Virus record (IMG/VR): IMGVR_UViG_2049941000_000069
DNA from: an uncultured virus (IMG/VR IMGVR_UViG_2049941000_000069)
Lineage: Duplodnaviria; Heunggongvirae; Uroviricota; Caudoviricetes
Length of the DNA stretch: 31,978 nt
Strand: one strand, 5' to 3'
This document shows, one piece after another, positions 1 to 11,911 of the stretch. A program made the translations under genes and the position numbers. Each line of letters starts with the position of its first letter. Position 1 is the first letter of the stretch. The notes beneath the pieces were generated by a model. The model saw only the letters and a program-made list of their open reading frames with translations. It searched no databases and was not told where the DNA came from.

Positions 1-2
1 TC

Positions 3-437
3 AAGAATGAGCTGAAGTCGTCAAAACGGTACATAAAGCATATTATTGTGCACTGCACCGCGACTCCAGAAGGACGCGCAGAAACAGTTGACAGTATACG
101 CAATATGCACAAGAAGAACGGATGGGCTGACATAGGATACCATTATGTCGTGTATCTTGACGGCTCTGTACACAACGGGCGCAACGTCGACTTAGTAGGC
201 GCACATTGTGTAGGGTACAACGCCAATTCGATAGGCGTCGTGTACGTCGGCGGCGTCGACAAGAAGATGAAAGCAAAGGACACACGCACGGACGAGCAGA
301 AAAAGGCGCTTGTCAAGCTATTAAAAGACTTGCGTAGAATCTATCCGAAGGCAAAGATTGTCAGCCACTGTGACCTTGATAAAAGCGGTAAAGAATGCCC
401 GTCGTTTGATGCGACAAAAGAATATAAAGACATTTGA
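3..437 (+). CDS. Endolysin, N-acetylmuramoyl-L-alanine amidase (Amidase_2 / T7-lysozyme-like); 5' end outside the window
   Basis: Frame open from the window edge (KNELKSSKRYIKHIIVHCTATPEG). Zn-amidase motifs HCTAT, GWADIGYHYVV, GAHCVGYNANSIG, SHCD and KECPSFD. Confidence 0.93.
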   Translation, partial: KNELKSSKRYIKHIIVHCTATPEGRAETVDSIRNMHKKNGWADIGYHYVVYLDGSVHNGRNVDLVGAHCVGYNANSIGVVYVGGVDKKMKAKDTRTDEQKKALVKLLKDLRRIYPKAKIVSHCDLDKSGKECPSFDATKEYKDI

Positions 438-442
438 CAACT

Positions 443-896
443 ATGGAAAGACGTGACGATAATGAGGTTTTCAAGCACATGTTTGAACGCGACCAAATGC
501 TATACAACGGATGCGGCACACAGATGTGTATCGCCGTTGCCATATTCGTAATCATGCTTTTCTCGTCTTGTGCCACCAAGACAAAGGTTGAGTACAAAGA
601 CCGCATCGTAGACCACTACATAACGAACACAGTACACGACACGTTGGTTGACAAGACTACCGACAGTGTGTACGTGAATGTCTACACAAGGAACGATACG
701 GTCTTTCAAGTCAAGTACAAGGAAAAGACGCGTTGGCGCGACCATATAGTCATCAAGCATGATACATGCCGTGTAGATTCGATTATTACCATACGGAAAG
801 AAGTAACGAAAGAAGTTGTTAAATATCCAAAAAGTTATCGGTATCTCTTGGTGTTTTCAATATTAGTTGTTATCTTTGCAATATATAAAGGTTTAA
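443..896 (+). CDS. Spanin-like lipoprotein (lipobox plus C-terminal TM helix); 3' end in gap
   Basis: Hydrophobic stretch ending LFSS-C, beta-rich HDT/RND/VDS-type body, C-terminal hydrophobic LLVFSILVVIFAIY; directly after the endolysin. The ORF track fuses it to the next gene across the N gap. Confidence 0.6.
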
Positions 897-906
897 NNNN
901 NNNNNN

Positions 907-1339
907 AGAGATATTGAATTGGATTCTCGGAGTGCTCACGCTGATAGCTGGCGGAGGGTGGTTCGTGAATTGGCGAGCTCACAGGCGTCAAGAAGACGCT
1001 AAAGCAATCCAGTCAGAGCAAGATGTATACCAAGAAATGCTTACAGACTTGAAAGAGCATAACGAGGTATTAAGAAAGTTCAACAAGGAAGTAAGCGACG
1101 ATTGCGAGCAGCTGAGGAAACGTGTTGCAGACAACGAGACCAAGCTGCGTGAGCAAGACGAAAAGATTCGCGAACAAGAAAGGAAGCTTTCATCTCAGGA
1201 GAATAAGATAGAAACGCTTGAGCACAGAGTTGAGCTTATGACAGAGATGATGTGTGGCAAGTCAAACTGCCAACAGCGCACAAGGGTGTTCTTGAGCCCT
1301 ATAGACGACGATAGTTTTACGACAAGAAAAGATAATTAA
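907..1339 (+). CDS. Holin-like single-TM coiled-coil protein; start in gap
   Basis: N-terminal TM (EILNWILGVLTLIAGGGWFV), long coiled coil, C-terminal CGKSNCQQR; lysis-cassette context. Confidence 0.5.
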
Positions 1340-1390
1340 AAAATACAATATTATGGCAATCTATATAACAAAAGGAAGTANNNNNNNNNN

Positions 1391-4300
1391 AGTATTCATT
1401 CGTGTTCTACCATCCGATGTACGTTCTGTCGAACTTTCCGTTTTCGGACGTTGCTGTAACAAGCGACCAACAGAAATACTTGTCACAGAACAAAAGCTTT
1501 TCGTGGATTGGAAACCTCGTCGACTATGTTGCAAAGCTGAACAAGAACCTTGTCGGAACAGAATGGGCGTGCGAGATTGGCAACACGGTTACGTCAGACA
1601 TATACAACAAATTGAGCGACATACTGTCGTTTGACAACCAGACTATTGCAGACGCGCTGAAGACAGGATACGACACATGGAAAGTGCCGTACATTATCGA
1701 CGTAGTTGCAGGCACAGACCCGCGCTATTCGCAGGGCAAACGATTTGTCGTACATTTCGGCTTGCCATCAACAGAAATACTTGATTCAAACAACACGCCT
1801 TTCGTGTTCGAATATGGCAAGGGCGTAGGACTAAAGAACAACTCGCGTACACCGAAGAACAACAAGATTGTGACGCGCATCGCAGGCTATGGCAGCGAGA
1901 ACAACATACCATACGGATACCCGCAAATCGTGTGGACTGGAAACCAAGATTGGGACTATACGATTAACAACAGCTCAAGCGCTTCAAATTCTTATCCAAT
2001 CTATGACGGAATCGTGAACGGTCAACGCGTACGCCTTATCAAGCATCCGTTCACGCGCAACCNNNNNNNNNNGAAAGTGAATCCGAACGCGACTGGGTAC
2101 GACCCGACGATTGAGATAAAAGACTATTACGACGCCATTTCAAGCGGAAGCTATACATATCCGAACCCAATCAATCCAAATGCGCCTTCATACGAGATAC
2201 ACGAATTTGAAGACATAAAGCCTGAACTTGGTCAAGCGTCGTTGGCAGGTGTCAGCGCGTATGACGACAAGAATGCAGACGCAGTATCGCTGAGCGACGC
2301 GATTGAGTTGCTTAAAGGGTACTACACAGAATCGACGAACGAGACAGAGAAGACACAGATTGCGCACATCATCTCCGTCCTGCCGTCTGCCGTACAAGAC
2401 GGCAGCACAGCGGATGTCGACACATACAGCTACGACTGGCTGTTGACGAGCGACAGCTACTACGCCTATATAAAGTACACGTCAAGCANNNNNNNNNNNN
2501 NNNNNNNNNNNNNNNNNNNNNNNNNNNNNNNNNNGCATACTTAATTTCTCGCATACAGTATTGCGTGCCGAGCAAGCACCGACGCCGACGTGGGACGACA
2601 CGATGGACGACGACGGGAACTACGTGCAGTCTTATTTCAAAGTAACGCTTCCGCAGCTATCGTTCGACTTATATGCTTGTGCGGCGATAACAGAAGAGAT
2701 GTCTGTCAATATGCGTTCTGGAGCTTGCATCGGCTGTACGTTCCCCATACAAGTTGATTGGGATGACTACAAGAAGAATTTCTATGATGCAGACGGAAAC
2801 TTCGACCCTGTTATAGGCGAGGGACACCCGAGAAACGGCGACAAGTACCCGAACAGCGCAAGTGGACAGATAACGGTCATCGTACAGAAAGACCTCGACA
2901 CGTTCGGCACGTTGATGCCGAACAGATACCAGTCCGTGTCGTCTGGCGACCAATTCGTCATTCTTGGAATATCGTTGCCATTAAGCTACGTCGCAAGCGC
3001 AGAATCAAGGCTTGACGACGCAATGGTGCAGTATATGAAGGATAACAACGAGTATTATTTTGAATACCCGTTGAAGTTTGACGAGCATTTCTTGGCTACG
3101 CATACCGACATATTGTCACAGATTAAGCCGAATGTCATCGTGCGTTTCAAGTACAACGGCACGACGATACCATTGTACATCAAGCAGATAACGGTCAAGT
3201 TCGGCCAAGCACCGTTGCCACAGTACGACATCACGCTCACGGACGACGTAGAGGTCGTGCTGAACCAGATAGGAAAAGCAGTAGAGACGTTCCGCACGAT
3301 GATGGAAAACCAAGGCGTAGACATCGATGCGTTGGAATCGTATTTCGACGGACGCTATGACGGACGCTATCTTAGCAAAGTGAACGACGATACGGCTACT
3401 GGACTCGTCCGTCTTATTCGCGGATTGCAAGTTGGCGAACGATTCGTGTCAGGCCTTTTGGGCGAAGGAGGCGTGTTCCGCACCGAAGCAGACGGAACTA
3501 CATATCTTGAAGTTGACAAGATGTATGTCCGAATGCGCGCATACTTTGATTCAGTCGAGATACGCCGATTCTTGCATTCTGGTGGAAACCGCATAGCTTC
3601 ATTGGCTGGAATGAAATGCTCACGCGTCGAATACATTGACACAAACGGTGACGTTACAGAAGATGCTACGCAAGCGGTAAAGTTCCGTTGCTATTTCCGC
3701 GCGAACGACAACGGAAACACAGTAACAAACGACTTTGTTGTGGGCGACTTGGCGTTCTGCAAAGAGACGAACGCTGACGTCGCAAGCGGCATAGAGCAGC
3801 ACGGATATTGGCGCGCAGTCGTCGGAAAGAACTCTACGCTGACAGACGACGGCGAGGGATGGATAGACCTTTCTGCAAGCGACTGTCTCACTGGTTCTGA
3901 CATACCTATCGCACAGGACGACATCGTTCAGCTTGGAAACAAGACTGACACTACGCGTCAGGGCGCAATCATCGAATACGTCGGTGGAGCCGATGCTCCG
4001 TCGTATCAGATATACCAGAATATCAACGACTACAGCTTGAACGGCAAGAACTATATCTCGATGGGATATAACTCCGCCAATGCGCGCGCATATATGAACG
4101 TCGCTGGTGATTTCCGTTTCGGTTCGCAGACAGACAATGGCGGTTCGTACATCAAGTACAACCAACAGACGCGCGAAATGGAGATTAAGGCAACCGTTCA
4201 GTTCACGAGCCCGTACACGCAGCAAGAAACGGACTTGGATGCCTTTGCAGCAGCCGTGAAAGCGAACGAAGACGCGCTGCAACAACAGATTGACGGCGAG

Positions 4301-7300
4301 ATAGACACTTGGTTCTACGAGGGTACGCCGACGCTCAACAATGCGCCTGCATCCGATTGGACTACCGTTGCGCTGAAAGAGCGCCACTTGGGTGACTTGT
4401 ACTATGACGTTGGTACGGGTCAGACGGCTGGTTTCGCTTACCGATTCATCAAGACGACAAGTGGTGGCGTCGATACTTATTCTTGGCAATACATCGACGA
4501 CACGGCGATTACGCAAGCACTTGCGTTGGCAGCGTTGGCAAAGGACACGGCAGACAACAAGCGTAGGGTATTCCTTACAACACCAACGCCACCGTACGAC
4601 GAGGGAGACCTTTGGGCTAATGCCACTTATCCGTCGGACTATACTGGCGAGACGGACGAGGCGAACCACAGGTACAAAGACGACTTGTTGCGTTGCGTGA
4701 CACCAAAGTCAAGTAGTGGTGTCTTCTCAATCAATGACTGGCAGTTGGCGTCAAAATACACCGATGACAGCGCGCTAACGACGTTTATCAATGGTGACTA
4801 TGCGTCGTTCGTACAGAACATAGGTCAGCAAGTGGACGGAAAAGCCGAAACGTGGTATCAAGATGCAGACCCGTCATCAGCGTGGACTACGGCGGAGCTT
4901 AAAGAGTCGCACGTCGGCGATATTTGGTACGACACGTCAGCAAACGGCGGCAAGAAAACTTATATTTGGCAAGACTTCGGCACAAGTAGCAACCCGCGTT
5001 ATGCGTGGGCAGAGGCATCAGTCCCCGATGACGTGTTTGATAAGATTGACGGCAAGATGGCAATCTACACATCTTGGGGCGCATGGATTGACTCGGATAA
5101 CGTCAACAACCTACAAGTGCGCGACTTGTTTATACCAAGCGCAAACACGACGCAAAGTGGTGTGACGTATAAAGCAAACAAGGTGTACCGTTGCACCAAC
5201 GCAAGCACTCCGACTTTCCAAGAAGTAGCATATACCGATGACACTACGGTCAACGCGATTATCGCAAAATACGGTCAGATTCTAAACATACAAAGCCCGA
5301 CGGCAGACAACGTTGGCGAAGCTTTGGCGTACTTGCGCGAGGTGCTTACTGGAAGCACGACTATCGACGGCGGTCTTGTGCTTACGAATGCCATCTATAN
5401 NNNNNNNNNNNNNNNNNNNNNNNNNNNNNNNNNNNNNNNNNNNNNNNNNNNNNNNNNNNNNNNNNNNNNNNNNNNNNNNNNNNNNNNNNNNNNNNNNNNN
5501 NNNNNNNNNNNNNNNNNNNNNNNNNGATGGGGAACGGCAGCTTGGTTTGGCGGTGGCGTCGCATCTGGCATACCTATAGACTACGAAGCAACGCAAGGTC
5601 ACGTACCGAACTACGCCAAGTCGTTGTTCCGCTTTGACGGTTCTGGCTATCTCGCTGGCGGTAACATAACTTGGAACAAAGACGGCGTGCTTACCGTTCA
5701 AGGTAACCAAGTAAGTACCACAACGCTTGTGCTGAACGGTACGACGGTAGACTTGTCAAAGTTCGTGACAACTGACACAGCACAGACGATAACGGCGCTG
5801 AAGACGTTTACGGCTGGCATCGTAACCAACAAGCTATATCTCTACAAGCCAAATGCAGACAACGATACGAATGCCGTATATTTCATAAAGGATTCGACGG
5901 GCGTAAAACTTGTCGGTGCTGGATTCTACACGGATTCTTTCGTCAGCGCACTTGGTACATCAAGTAGTGGTGGCGGCGGTGGCAGCGTTTCGCTAAACGA
6001 GCCGTTGTTTAGCATCAATAGCGCTGGACTTGGCGCACCGTCACAAAGTGGTTCTGCCATCATTTGGGACGGCTCGGCTTGGAAATACTCACGTACCACA
6101 ACGCTGAATGTAAACGGCCTTAGTGTTTCGGCGAATCTTTCTGCTTACAACGTAACGCTGGGTGGTACACTCACTGTTGCTGGCCCGATAACGACACAGG
6201 CAAGCGGTTTCTTTGTCAACGGTAAAGACAACACATACGTCTTGCTTGCTGGCGGTGGTACAAAGCTGCTTTCAGAAATTGGCGGAACTGGCACTGGTAT
6301 CATACACAACAACGAATATATAGAGTGGAGTCCCGAAACGTCAGAGTTCCAGAATTATTTCCGAATGCCTTTTAGGATGAAAGACGGGAATATTGCAACA
6401 GGTATAGCGTTATATAACGTACCATCAGTTGGTATTTACACAAAATACGGTATTTTCAACCTTAATGCTTCGACCCCGTGGACTGACAATGATGCTAATT
6501 GCATAAAATGTTATGCTAGTTCACCTCCAACCATCAATGGCGGTGTTATTTGGAACGCAAGTAACGATGGCAGTGGTAGTGGTTTGGATGCAGACCTTTT
6601 AGACGGGCAGCATGGCAGTTACTACGCAACCGCAAGTGCGCTTTCTGACTATTTCCTAAAGACTGGCGGCTTTGTACATTCACCAAGCGATGCATGCCCA
6701 TTATATGTGTTTTCTAGTCATCAATTTCAATCATGTATTGTTATTGGTCTCGGCGGTGCGGAAGTAGTAGCAAATTTTAAATCACAGTTTGGATATAGTA
6801 CATACAACGGAACATATATAGCGACATACGCAACGGGGAATACTATCGGAATTACAGACAATGGTGTGCCGTATTTTGGTGTTTCTACACAAGGCGTTAT
6901 AGAAACAACGAAGTATACTTTGTGGCATTCAGGTAACTTTACTCCGTCTAATTATCTGCCACTTACGGGTGGTACGCTAACGGGTATTTTAACTATTGCT
7001 ACTTCTGCATATTGGGCTCCGCTTTTTATTAGGTCAACATTTACTAATAGTGGTGGTTTAAAACAGACGTGTGTCGCATTACAATCAACAGAAAATTCGG
7101 TGGCAACAAACAAGGGTCAAGTGGGGTGGAATAATTTTTATAATGGCACATATCTTTACAGCTATACAAGCGGATGGGTTCTTGGTATTGGAGATGATGG
7201 CGAACCATTATACGCAACAAATNNNNNNNNNNAGTTGTAAGAAAAACAATATGGAACGAACGAAATTTTAACCCAGCAAATTATTTGCCGTTGACGGGCG

Positions 7301-9252
7301 GCACACTCACCAGTGCAAATTCTTCTGTTGTACTATTTCTGAATAGTACTAATATTACCGCAGCTGGTACAAGGCAATCGTGTTTAGTCCTGCAACATAA
7401 TGGTACAAATAAAGCACAATTTGGTCATAGTACTAACAATAGCGCAGGTAGTTATATATATAATTACGCATCATCTGGTCAGCTTGGTATTACTGACGAG
7501 GGCGTTCCATATTTTTCAACAACATTCGGTTCGACAAAATCTACGTTGTGGCACACTGGAAATCTAAATCCAGCAAATTATCTACCATTGACAGGCGGTA
7601 CATTAAGCGGAAACGTTGTTATTAACACCGACAATTACTTTCAATGGACTTCACCTTGGACTGCGGGGTATCACCGAATTCCGTATAGAATTTGGGATGG
7701 CACGTATGGTACTGGTCTATGTCTATATAATAGTAGTGGTGTTGTGTGGACTAAATTTGGAATTTATGCGTTTAACAACGCAACGGACAACGATGCAAAC
7801 TGTATTAAATGCTACCCTAATGCTGCTCCAACTATTAACGGCGGCACAATATGGCATTCAAATAACTTTAATCCATCCAACTATTTACCGCTTACTGGTG
7901 GTACACTAACTGGTGCTATAGATTGGAGTAATTGTGGCGGGTTTCCATTAAAGGCNNNNNNNNNNGCACAAGGTGCAGAATACGGTACACTGACATTATG
8001 GCATAACGGTTCTGAAATGATTCGACTGTACGCAGGAAATACAAGCTGGATTAGTTGTGGTGCAAATCTTGGTATAGGAACATCAAGTCCTTCTTATACG
8101 TTACATGTAAACGGGACATTGGGTACAAACAGTTCCATCAATGTAGATATGACCACCCATTCTTATGTTCTTCTTTATTTAAGCAGCGTATTGAAAGCTC
8201 AGTTCGGATACCACGATACTCTTGGTTTGCTTGTACATAACTACGCATCTGGCAAAACATTGAATTTAAAGAACAACGGTACAATGGATTATCCATCTGC
8301 CGTAACATTTGGCAGCACATTGTCCGTCGCAGGGCTATTGACAGCAAGTGGCGGCATACAGATTCCAGCAGGAAAATCCATTATGCTTGGCGGTGCTACG
8401 ATTTCTTGGGACTCCACGAATAGTTGCGTGAAAGTTTCGACGGGACTATATTCAGAAGCATCTATAAGCGCGTTGGGTACGTCGGGTGGCGGCGGCAGTA
8501 GTTCTACGTTGAACGAACCGTTGGCAAGTATCAATAATGCTAGTCTTGGTGCGCCGTCTTCAGTAGGACAGACGGTGGTGTGGAACGGCTCGGCGTGGTA
8601 CTACTCGACGTCTGCAGAACTAAGAGCTTATAGATTGGCTGTCAGCAACGCGCTTTCGGCGTACAGCTTGTCTGTAGGCTCGTCTGCAGATATAGCTGGC
8701 GATTTAAAGGTGATTGCGGGAAACGCCGCTATCGGAGGGAGCATATCGTCGTCGTATCGTCTCTATGTCTACGGAACAGGACGCTTTAACTATCTTGTTG
8801 TCGGAAACGCTTCGACAGCTGGTACAGTGTCTTGTGCTACAGTTGAAACCGAAGGCGGTAGGGGGTTGTATCTAAAGACAGCAACAGGATTACCTGTATA
8901 CGCAAATGGTTCTTACTCGAACCAGTCTGACATACGGTTAAAGAATATTGTGTCGTACGTCGGCGGCAGCGCAGAGGATATTGCCAACGCACCAATCTTT
9001 AACTTCCAATGGATAGGGACAGAAATACCTAACGTGATTCTTGGAACAAGTGCGCAATACTGGCAAAAGTATCTACCAACAGCCGTCAGCATAGCCCCAA
9101 ATGGATACCTTTCAATGGACTATTCGTCGGTAGCTCTAGCCGCAGCAGTCATCACGGCTAGGAGGGTGGTTAGCCACGAAGGGCGCATAGCAGCGCTGGA
9201 GGCAGAGAATAAGAAATTAAGAGAAGAGTTGAATAGATTAAAAGCAGCATAA
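1391..9252 (+). CDS. Large tail tip / tail-fibre (host-specificity) protein with C-terminal intramolecular chaperone (Peptidase_S74-like); probably one gene broken by gaps
   Basis: ORFs 1402-2544, 2561-7240 and 7285-9252 each stay open up to the flanking N gaps (LNFSHTVLRAEQAPTPTW after 2534; VVRKTIWNERNFNPANYLPLTGG after 7232). Contains VTRIAGYGSENNIP, DADLLDGQHGSYYA, NYLPLTGGTL repeats and terminal SDIRLKN...AQ...MDYS...coiled coil. Confidence 0.8.
3347..3370 (+). repeat. Perfect 12-bp in-frame tandem duplication GACGGACGCTAT x2 (DGRY-DGRY)
   Basis: Read directly from the sequence. Confidence 0.9.
6950..7908 (+). repeat. Four copies of the tail-fibre junction motif NYLPLTGGTL (6950-6979, 7279-7308, 7576-7605, 7879-7908), about 300 bp apart
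   Basis: Amino-acid identical but synonymously diverged copies, each preceded by (L/I)W(H/N)xxN(F/L)xP. Confidence 0.9.
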
Positions 9253-9255
9253 GAT

Positions 9256-10199
9256 ATGGCATACGACGCATCGACAGGAAGAATAACGGTAACAAGTCCG
9301 TACGGCGTTGACATAACCGACGCTATGGAAGCTACGGGTTGTGGTGTTGCCAGCGTAGGGTACATCATTGCTAACGGCGGAATCAACGTATGGTCTAAGT
9401 ACAAGCCAGTCCAATACACGAACTCGACGTACGGCAACCACAATACAGCAAGACAATGGAACTATTCGGCGAACAGATGGAAGACGCCTGCGGAGATTTC
9501 TGCCGCAGACATCAATGATACGCCTTGGTGGTATGGTCTTTCTACCGCCAAGTTCGGGATAACGCCAAAGAAGTTCACGACGGGGTATGCTTCGCAGATA
9601 AAAGCAGCGTATGACGGTGATATGAACGGATGGACGTATAGCAGACCACTCGGCAATGCTGGTGGTGGCGTACAGTTCCCGTTGCGGCTTCAAGACTTTG
9701 CGATGTACAACGCAAAAGCTATACCGCCCGTATCGCACTTTACTGTTCCTGACACGATAACGGTAGGGCAAGGTAATTATGTAAAAGCGTCTGCAATTGT
9801 AGATTACGATGGTAACTACGATAGTATAACACTTGCTGACCTTGGGATAACCGAAACGCTTTATTTCGGTGTCATCTTTGAACTTAACGATACGCTTGTC
9901 TTGATGGTGACAGAGGAAACGGCTGGGANNNNNNNNNNGAGCAACGTTTCTAAATTCTCAAGCAGCATATTGACGAACGCGGGAGAATATCTTTATACTT
10001 GCCCTGGATGTGAAGTACTGACAACTACCGCAATAAGCCACGACCAAGCGGTGAAAGTCGAGATGGAAATACAGCCGATATTGTCACAGGCAAACCGATA
10101 TACGTTCCGTGTGCTTAACGAGACGACTACCAATTTCACGCTTTTGGAATACGTCATCACGGAGGCAACGACAGCTCCGACGACGGGTTGGACGAACTG
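9256..10199 (+). CDS. Tail-associated structural protein; 3' part in gap, probable C-terminus displaced to 11366-11553
   Basis: ATG 3 bp after the fibre stop; INVWSKYKPV and PLRLQDFAMYN motifs that I recognise from post-fibre genes of Bacteroidales phages. Confidence 0.6.
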
Positions 10200-10488
10200 N
10201 NNNNNNNNNNNNNNNNNNNNNNNNNNNNNNNNNNNNNNNNNNNNNNNNNNNNNNNNNNNNNNNNNNNNNNNNNNNNNNNNNNNNNNNNNNNNNNNNNNNN
10301 NNNNNNNNNNNNNNNNNNNNNNNNNNNNNNNNNNNNNNNNNNNNNNNNNNNNNNNNNNNNNNNNNNNNNNNNNNNNNNNNNNNNNNNNNNNNNNNNNNNN
10401 NNNNNNNNNNNNNNNNNNNNNNNNNNNNNNNNNNNNNNNNNNNNNNNNNNNNNNNNNNNNNNNNNNNAACATTAATTATTTAGTTTAT

Positions 10489-10956
10489 GAAAAGAAAAGA
10501 AAAGACGCGTACTATTCTTGAAGTCTACAACGTACTTAGCAAGGCAAAGTTCGGAAAGATGGATGACGCAGACAAGATTAAGCTATGGAAGATTGCTCGT
10601 ACATTGAAACCCATTGCTACACAGTTCGACGACGACACAAAAGATGCAGCTGAACGACTGAAACCAACTGAAGACTTTACCGAAAGACTGCAGAATGCAC
10701 AGGCGTATGAGAACGCGATGAAAGACAGCACCGTTGACGCAAGCAAGCTGAAGATGGGTGCTGCCGAATATGGCGACTTCTTGAAAGAGTTCAAGCAATA
10801 CGACAAAATGGTGAACGACGCCATAAAAGAATACGCTGACAAGGAAGTCGAAGTAGAGTACGAGGGCATAAGCGAAGACGCATTTGCCAAGCTGATGGCC
10901 TCGAACGAATGGACTGTTGAGCAGACAATCGAAATCGGAAACTTTATTCTTATTTA
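10489..10956 (+). CDS. Helical acidic/basic hypothetical protein, possible tail-fibre assembly chaperone
   Basis: Intact ~155-aa ORF (MKRKEKTRTILEVYNVLSKAKF...) after an AT-rich leader, at the end of the tail module. Coordinates re-read from the sequence and differ by 1-2 bp from the ORF track. Confidence 0.55.
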
Positions 10957-10973
10957 ATTAATACGTTTCTGTT

Positions 10974-11144
10974 ATGAAAAAAGGTCTTTATTTCGTCTTG
11001 TTGTTCCTTTATGTAATCGGAGTAATCGGAGGAATCGGATACACCATCTATTACGGCGTATACCACATATCGTTGGGCATTGCCGTGACTGGATTCCTTG
11101 CATTCGAGAAAGCAAAAAGCTATTTTGACTATCTGAAATCATAA
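10974..11144 (+). CDS. 56-aa two-TM membrane protein (not in ORF track)
   Basis: MKKGLYFVLLFLYVIGVIGGIGYTIYYGVYHISLGIAVTGFLAFEKAKSYFDYLKS*; followed by a terminator. Confidence 0.75.
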   Translation: MKKGLYFVLLFLYVIGVIGGIGYTIYYGVYHISLGIAVTGFLAFEKAKSYFDYLKS

Positions 11145-11166
11145 AGACTGGTCAATAAGCTACCGC

Positions 11167-11199
11167 AGGGGCGCAATCACTTGGTTGTGCTCTTTTTTT
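11167..11199 (+). terminator. Intrinsic terminator ending the tail operon
   Basis: AGGGGCGCAATC-ACTT-GGTTGTGCTCTT, a 12-bp stem with G-U pairs, followed by a T run. Confidence 0.75.
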
Positions 11200-11251
11200 A
11201 TCTTTGCGTGGACTCAAAAAAGTCCAAGCTATAGTCAATATCTTTAAGTCG

Positions 11252-11259
11252 TAAATTTG
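11252..11259 (+). promoter_or_regulatory. Bacteroidota sigma-A -7 element (TAAATTTG) upstream of the MAEIYQLP operon
   Basis: Matches TAnnTTTG, 64 bp before ATG 11323. No clear -33 TTTG. A second TAnnTTTG lies at 11199-11206. Confidence 0.55.
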
Positions 11260-11322
11260 CACACGTAACGTTACAACGTGTGTGTTTCAATTAATTATTA
11301 ACGATTTAAAGATTTTTAGACT

Positions 11323-11355
11323 ATGGCAGAAATCTATCAGTTGCCTGAGAACGGC
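11323..11355 (+). CDS. N-terminus (MAEIYQLPENG) of the Gln/Asn-rich CCC protein that continues at 12042
   Basis: ATG after an AT-rich leader, cut by a 10-N gap; the sequence after the gap is unrelated in character. Confidence 0.55.
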
Positions 11356-11365
11356 NNNNNNNNNN

Positions 11366-11553
11366 ACCGAACCGTAAATGCCAATTCCGCGTCTGCAATC
11401 CTTACGGCGACGGTAGAAAACCCGACGACGCACGCGTCATTGCCAAACGCATACATATACATAAGATTCTATTGGGCTGGCGGAGGCGCGAACTCGCAAT
11501 ACACGCGCAGTTTCCAGATTTCTCCATACACGCCGCTTGACCCGACTAGATAG
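11366..11553 (+). CDS. C-terminal fragment of a beta-rich tail-associated protein (probably belongs to the gene starting at 9256)
   Basis: RTVNANSASAILTATVENP...YIRFYWAGGG...PLDPTR*; no start of its own; composition resembles 9256-10199. Confidence 0.45.
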
Positions 11554-11608
11554 TCAATTTACATTATTAAACATAACTTTTTTATTAACACTTTAAAATT
11601 TTTCAATT

Positions 11609-11911
11609 ATGGGTACATTTTTAATCACAAGTTCAAACTTGACCAACCAGTATTCGTTTACCAACGCATCGCTCATCGTCGAGGGCAGCTACTCGATGGA
11701 TGCAACGACGTCTACGCTGCAGAACGTCAGCGGCTCGGCTTACCGCCTCGCACAGGGTGGTCAGCGCGGAGAGTATGTCGGTAACTTCAACGGCTATATG
11801 CGCGACGGAGAAGTCAAGTACAGCATTTCGGAGATGACGCGCCGCGACGCCAACTTGGTGTGGGACGCCATTGACGAAATCGAACAGAACATTCTTGGTA
11901 CTAACGATTAA
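11609..11911 (+). CDS. Hypothetical tail-module protein, 100 aa
   Basis: Intact ORF after an AT-rich leader (MGTFLITSSNLTNQYSF...). Confidence 0.7.
   Translation: MGTFLITSSNLTNQYSFTNASLIVEGSYSMDATTSTLQNVSGSAYRLAQGGQRGEYVGNFNGYMRDGEVKYSISEMTRRDANLVWDAIDEIEQNILGTND

Noticed and set aside
434..1339. 301-aa spanin-holin fusion in the ORF track
   Set aside because: The join falls on a 10-N gap; the two halves look like separate genes.
1353..1634. 93-aa ORF MAIYITKGS...
   Set aside because: Chimera across a gap. After the gap the coding frame is that of the tail protein, and the 9-codon start may belong to another gene.
3620..4669. 349-aa antisense ORF and other long opposite-strand ORFs
   Set aside because: Shadows of the real genes' codon bias, with no protein-like motifs.
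6950..7908. CRISPR-like regularly spaced repeats
   Set aside because: The repeats are conserved as protein, not DNA, with ~300-bp in-frame spacers; no cas genes.
6240..9252. Diversity-generating retroelement or invertase shufflon acting on the tail fibre
   Set aside because: No reverse transcriptase or recombinase in the window. The repeats differ at synonymous sites of all bases rather than only adenines, and none are inverted.
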